Shown piece after piece: positions 58,560 through 64,000 of a stretch of DNA of 64,000 bases. This stretch comes from the human T2T-CHM13v2.0 reference genome, Homo sapiens. Each line of letters opens with the position of its first letter. Position 1 is the stretch's first letter. The stretch lies in assembly GCF_009914755.1 (NCBI RefSeq), contig NC_060925.1. One strand, given 5' to 3'. The notes under the pieces were generated by a model. It was not told where the DNA came from. It saw only the letters and a program-made list of their open reading frames with translations, and searched no databases. The translations under genes were made by a program, and so were the position numbers.

Positions 58560-59700
58560 CAGACGTCTTGTTTACCCCTCTGGATCCCAGGATGCTGTTC
58601 AGTGTGGAATACATCCGTCGGCTCCTTTGCCTCCTAGTCTGCAGTTGAGTTCCTGTAGAGTCCCAGCAGGAGGTCTGAGGGAGTGATGAGAATGAGGTGA
58701 GGCCAATTACTCCCCCGCTCCCACCTGGAAGTTCCCTCTGGCAGGCTGCGTCCCACATTCAAGTTATACAGTTCCTATAACAGAGGGTCTCTCCACAAGA
58801 CGCTCTCTTCTCAGGTTCTTTTTGAGAGGTGAAGCCAGCTGGGCTTCTGGGTCTGGTGGGGACTTGGAGAACTTTTCTGTCTAGCTAAAGGATTATAAAT
58901 GCACCAATCAGCACTCTGTGTCTAGCTAAAGGATTGTAAATGCACCAATCAGCACTCTGTAAAACAGACCAATCAGCACTCTGTAAAATGGACCAACTAG
59001 CAGGATGTGGGTGGGACCAAATAAGGGAATAAAAGCAGGCCACCCGAACCAGCAGCGGCAACCCACTGGGGTCCCCTTCCACGCTGTGGAAGCTTTGCTC
59101 TTTCACTCTTTGCAATAAATCTTGCTGCTGCTCACTCTTTGGGTCCACACTACCTTTATGAGCTGTAACACTCACCACGAAGGTCTGCAGCTTTACTCCT
59201 GAAGCCAGCAAGACCACGAACCCACTGGGAGGAATGAACAACTGCAGACGCTCCACCTTTAAGAGCTGTAACACTCACTGCAAAGGTATGCAGCTTCACT
59301 CTTAAAGCCAGCGAACCCACCGGGAGGAACGAACAACTCCCGACACGCTGCCTTTAAGAGCCTTAACATTCATTGCAAGGGTCTGCCGCTTCACTCCTGA
59401 AGTCAGCAAGACCACGAACCCACTGGAAGGAAGAAACTCCGGACACATCCGAATATCAGAAGGAACAAACTCCTGACACACCATCTTTAAGAACTGTAAC
59501 ACTCACCGCGAGGGTCTGCGGCTTCATTCTTGAAGTCAGCGAGACCAAGAACCCACCAATTCCTGACACATTTTGACAACTCACTTTCCACTTCATGCCT
59601 AAGGATGGGTAACAGCCTCACTATATTCCTTTTCCTTTTGCTCACCTGCACACACTGTATAAGTGGCCCCTTTACGAAACCCTCTTTGATTTATCCTATT
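58560..59700 (+). mobile_element. Second LTR33-like relic, split by LTR12
   Basis: cccagcaggaggtctgagg...gaatgaggtgagg before the LTR12; gcctaaggatgggtaacagc...gtggcccctttacgaaacc after it. Confidence 0.45.
58823..59570 (+). mobile_element. LTR12-family (ERV9) solo LTR, short type
   Basis: tgagaggtgaagccagctggg...acccaccaattcctgacaca; repeated accaatcagcactctgt; TSD tttt. Confidence 0.95.
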
Positions 59701-60250
59701 TTTAATATTCCATCTTTTCACTACTGAGCCTTGCTTGAAGTAATAACTGTAGAATTCATGTGAAGGGTGTACTGGAGAATATGAGAATTTACAAGAAGGA
59801 GGACTGGTTTGGGGTCCTTTCTCTTTCAGCAAGTATTAACCGAGTACCTGCCCTGTGTCTTGTGCCAAGTAGCATTCTACAGCAGTGAAGAAGAGAGGCA
59901 GAGTCCTTGCCCTCAAGGAGTTATGGGAGGACAAATAATAAACAAGTGAACAAATAAATGAGGTAACTTTAGGTCATAACCTGAGCTTTTAAGGAGACAC
60001 ACAGCATGATGAGATGGACAGTAAATGAGTTGAATCTGTTTCAGATAGTTTGGTCCAAAAAGGCCCCACTGAGCAGATGACAGAAAAGACATTGAGAAGG
60101 TGGAATCCACAGTATTGATTATTGATTAAATGTAGAAAATAAAGGAGAAAAGAAGATAGAAGTTTATCCCAAGATTTCTGTCTGTGTAACTGCAAGAAAA
60201 TGGCACCACCTATATTTAAAACAGATATGGAATAGGTTTATGTTTTCTGG

Positions 60251-60445
60251 CAGGGGTTGCAAATAAAATATCCCCTCTTTTTGTAAATAAAATGTTATTG
60301 AAATGCAGCCACACTCATTTGTTTACATATTGTCTGTGGTTACTTTCACTCTGCAACGGCAGAGTTGTGTAGTTTCAACATTATATGGCCAGATAAGTTG
60401 AAAATACTATCTGGGCCTTTATAGAAAAGTTTACTGAGTTCTTCT
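60251..60445. mobile_element. MER58A-like MITE
   Basis: ttttgtaaataaaatgttattgaaatgcagccacactcatttgtttacatattgtctgtgg...ctttatagaaaagttt. Confidence 0.75.
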
Positions 60446-60659
60446 CTATGGCATGTTGACATAGCATCATAATTTATAGGAAACCGAGGAGGAGTCAATT
60501 TCTCTAGGAATTTTCTAGCAGATTGAGTAATGGTCTGTTTAACTAACGTTTTGTGCCCTTGAGTGGGAGGAAAATTCACACTCAAGCTTAATCAGTGAAT
60601 GGGGAATGGGATAATTTCACTTTCTCATTTCTCAAATAAACTTGCCCTGAACTCTATTA

Positions 60660-60922
60660 GAGATAACCACACTTAATAATATTGTATATTTCAAAATTGT
60701 TGAAAGAATCGACTTTTAATGTTCTCACCACACACACAAAAAAATGGTGTTGGTGAGGTGATGTATACGTTGATTAGCTGGATCAAATCTTTCTATGATG
60801 CATACATAGATCAAAACATTCAGTTGTACCCCACAAATATACACAATTATTATTTTTCAACTAAAAATAAATTTTTAAAAATTTAAATATATATTCCAAA
60901 AAAAAAACAAGAAAGAAAGAAA
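60660..60922 (+). mobile_element. L1MA-type 3' end fragment
   Basis: attgtatatttcaaaattg...ttaatgttctcaccac...gtgaggtgatg...gtaccccacaaatatacacaattatt. Confidence 0.8.
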
Positions 60923-63624
60923 TTCACCTGTGCGTGATAAACAGGCAGAAAAGAAAGCTCCACCCACTGGCGCTGGGCCCAACTCCTCCTTGTGAATTCT
61001 GCATGACCAAGGAGCTTGCAGTTCTCAGTTTGCTGCATATTTCTCAGGTCCCCACCCCCTTGAACTGTTGATTCTAGCTGCTAAAAACACCTCATCCACC
61101 CAACAACATCTACATCAGAGAAGATGACTGAAATCAGAGAATCCTCCCCCACCACCCACTTTGCTGCCTCTGAAGAAGCCTCTACCACTGTCTGCACGTT
61201 AAGACTTGCTTGAGGCCTTCCACTCCCAGAGAAGGAGCCAAAATTATCCTAACATGGCTCTCAGTTGTAGGCAAATCTGTTGATCCACTATGTCATCTAC
61301 AAAGTAATTTCTTGCAAAGTTGAATTAACGTTAGTCCCAAGGACAGCTGATGTTTGAAATGATGTATTTTATTTCAAAATAAGACTGTGTCCACAGATTA
61401 TCCCTGCTCCTATTTTAAGATTGGAATCTAATAAACAGCACAGGCTGCTCTACCATCATTTGCTGCCTTACCATTTGTTTGTATCTATTTTTCTGTTACT
61501 ATTTTTGGCTATGCTTTTAGCCACAGGATTGAGTCTGAAAGCAGGCAGATATGGACTCAAGAAAGATAAATCATGGCTTAAATTTGTTCTCAAAGGATGA
61601 AGACCAAAACAATGTTCTCCTATTTAAAGAGCACTCAGATCTGGCTAGTTAATTGCCAATTTTGAGCAACCTAAAAAACATGACAAATTTATAGGTGTCT
61701 AGTCATTAACGTTCATAGTATAAATAAACCCTCATTTGGATCATCTTAAATTCATAAATTTCAGAGCAAAATAGATGTAGAGTTCCGTGGTCAGGAAAAA
61801 GAATGCTGGACTTGGATATTAAATGATCTGGGCATGAATTTAAGCTTTGCCCTTTCCTCTGTTCAACTCCAGCCAAGTCACTTAATCTCTATAGCATGAA
61901 GTTTCCTATTTGGAAAAGGAAGGGATTGGATTGGTTCAACAAGGTATCTTCAAGTACTAAACATCTATGAGTCAACATCTGTTCTAGTTTAATTCCTCAT
62001 TTTATAAATGCAGAAACTGACACACAAAGGTGAAATCTAAGGCAGCTAGTTAATGATTTAGCTGAGTTTGGGATCAGTCTTCTAATATTTTGTTTTAAAT
62101 TAACTGTGAGTGTGTGTGTTTTCTGAAGAGCTCAACATCATAGAAATCCAGTACCCTTGGCCCTGGACCTGTCTCCATGTGCATTTCTGCATCCTTTCGT
62201 AATTAGAATTTCTGTTCTTGGGACAGAAGGAAATAGAGATCATACAGCGGCACCCTACTCTATTTACAGGCAAGAACTGGCAAGACATACCAACTGGAAC
62301 ATCAGAGCTGGGGGCACATCTCAGTTTCTAGAACATCTAAGAACCTGAACAATGGTGTGGCTTGTATTGACTTTCAGATCAAGTGATGTTTTCCCAATTT
62401 TCTTAGTAATGAATGATTTACAAAGAAAGCTAGTGATTAAACATTATTTGTGTGTTTTCTGTAATTAAAAATCATTTTCTTGGAGTCACTCAGAGCTTAG
62501 TATAATGATTTTATTGTGGCATTATTTTAATTTTACTGTGGAAATAAGGATTATACCAATTTCCTTAGACTCAAAAGCTGTGGAATGGAAAATTCTGCTT
62601 GTGGAAGCACATGTCTGTTGGATAATTCTAAAATAAAATTTTACTTTTAAATAGCACTGGTCTCTGTCACAGGAGGCATTTCGTCAAGAACACAACCACT
62701 TACTAAATTTTATTCTTCTGAAATGTAAACGTACTTTTGCAAATTTTATTCAATGGCAATGACAATCCTATAACCAAACAATATGAATCCAGTCTATTTA
62801 TTCAGGATACTTTGTTTAGTACTGTGCATAATTAAAATGAAAATGTCACTGCCCTGCAAATAAATGAAATGTTCACTAGATGATGAATTAAATACATTGT
62901 GACACATTCATAAAATGGAAGACTATCCATTTAAAGACGTGTTTTGAGAAAAAAATGTTTAAAATAGATGAAAACATTCATTAGTATTTTTAAAAAGGTT
63001 ACAGAACTATTTGCACCTTGTGATCCCATTTTGTATGTCTGTGTGTATACAATTCTAAAAATTGATTACTTTGGAAATATCAAGTCAATTTCAAGAAAAG
63101 TATTTTAATTTTTTTCTTTGATACGGAACAATTCATTCCTGTCATTCTCCCTACCCCACTTCACTGCCACCTACTTCCCCAAAGACACCATTTCCTTTGT
63201 CCTCATAAGAATTCATATGAATTTAAAACTGCATCATTCTCTTTCTTTTTACAATTAATGTTAAAAGCTTCGTAGTTCAATTACAGTAAGAAAATCTGGA
63301 GTCTAAAGTAGATTTGTCTCCCTGGTTTTTTTTTTTTCCAGTTAATGAGGAAGTGTGTTGGTCTGATGCTCTAAAATGAATCAATTTTGGAAATACTATA
63401 AATCATAGATATTGCAACTTCAAGGCCAATGTTACTTCCTTGTATAACTGGAAAAGAGGAAACCTACACACACATTGTCCCAATTCCTGGTCCTTGGGGG
63501 CTGTTTGTACTGAAGAACTGTTAATTGCCTTGTTTTGATTTACACAAAATGAGGTGGGGACACCCTTCCTTGCCTAGAAGAGCCATTGGCCTAGAGCAAG
63601 GAAAAGAAATGTTGAAGTTTTGAC

Positions 63625-63923
63625 TTTTTTCTTTTCTTTTTTTTTTTTTTTGAGACTGTGCCCCTCTCTGTCACACAGGCGGGAGTGTGAGCTCAGGCAA
63701 CTGCAGCCTCCACCTCTGGGGCTTAGGTGATCCTCCTACCTCAGCCTCCTAAGTAGCTGAGACTATAGGCACAAGCCACCATGCCCTGCTAATTTTTGTA
63801 TTTTTTGTAGAGACGGAGTTTCTCCGTGTTGCCCAGGCTGGTCTTGAACTCCCAAGCTCACATGACCCACTCGCCTCAGCCTCCCAAAGTGCTGGGATTA
63901 CAGGTATGAGCCAGCTTTGGCCT
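63625..63923 (-). mobile_element. AluJ
   Basis: ctgcagcctccacctctggggcttaggtgatcctcctacctcagcc J-type arm; T-rich tail. Confidence 0.9.
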
Positions 63924-64000
63924 CTTTGAATAGCTACCAATAGAAGGCTTTGTGATGGGCCCTGGTTTTTTGGGGAGGTGGCCCAGGGAAGTGGAGTAGG

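Overview
Human or great-ape genomic DNA (SVA, AluY, LTR12, LTR17 present). It is AT-rich, repeat-dense and apparently non-coding (intergenic or a deep intron). I find no credible protein-coding gene; most ORFs in the track lie in Alu, SVA, L1 or LTR sequence. Contents: one full-length SVA with a 17-bp TSD inserted in a MER5; about 16 Alu/FLAM copies; several L1 fragments, one 5'-inverted; solo LTRs (MST, MLT1, MER21 split by HERV-W LTR17, MER52, two LTR12, MER66, LTR16/LTR33-like); hAT MITEs; MIR/L2 relics; and two tailless, 3'-truncated small-RNA retrocopies (U2 nt 1-35 and 7SK nt 1 to about 240). The best unexplained signal is an ungapped, ~85% identical 222-bp direct repeat (23907-24128, 25488-25709) that I cannot assign to a repeat family; both copies keep the same 33-codon ORF ending in Cys-Cys. 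Also notable are a probable L1 3' transduction (28295-29618), a thrice-used target site with tandem Alus, and a motif-dense candidate enhancer (~51.7-52.1 kb). I cannot support a genuinely new biological system. Repeat family names come from remembered consensus sequences and need RepeatMasker/Dfam confirmation.
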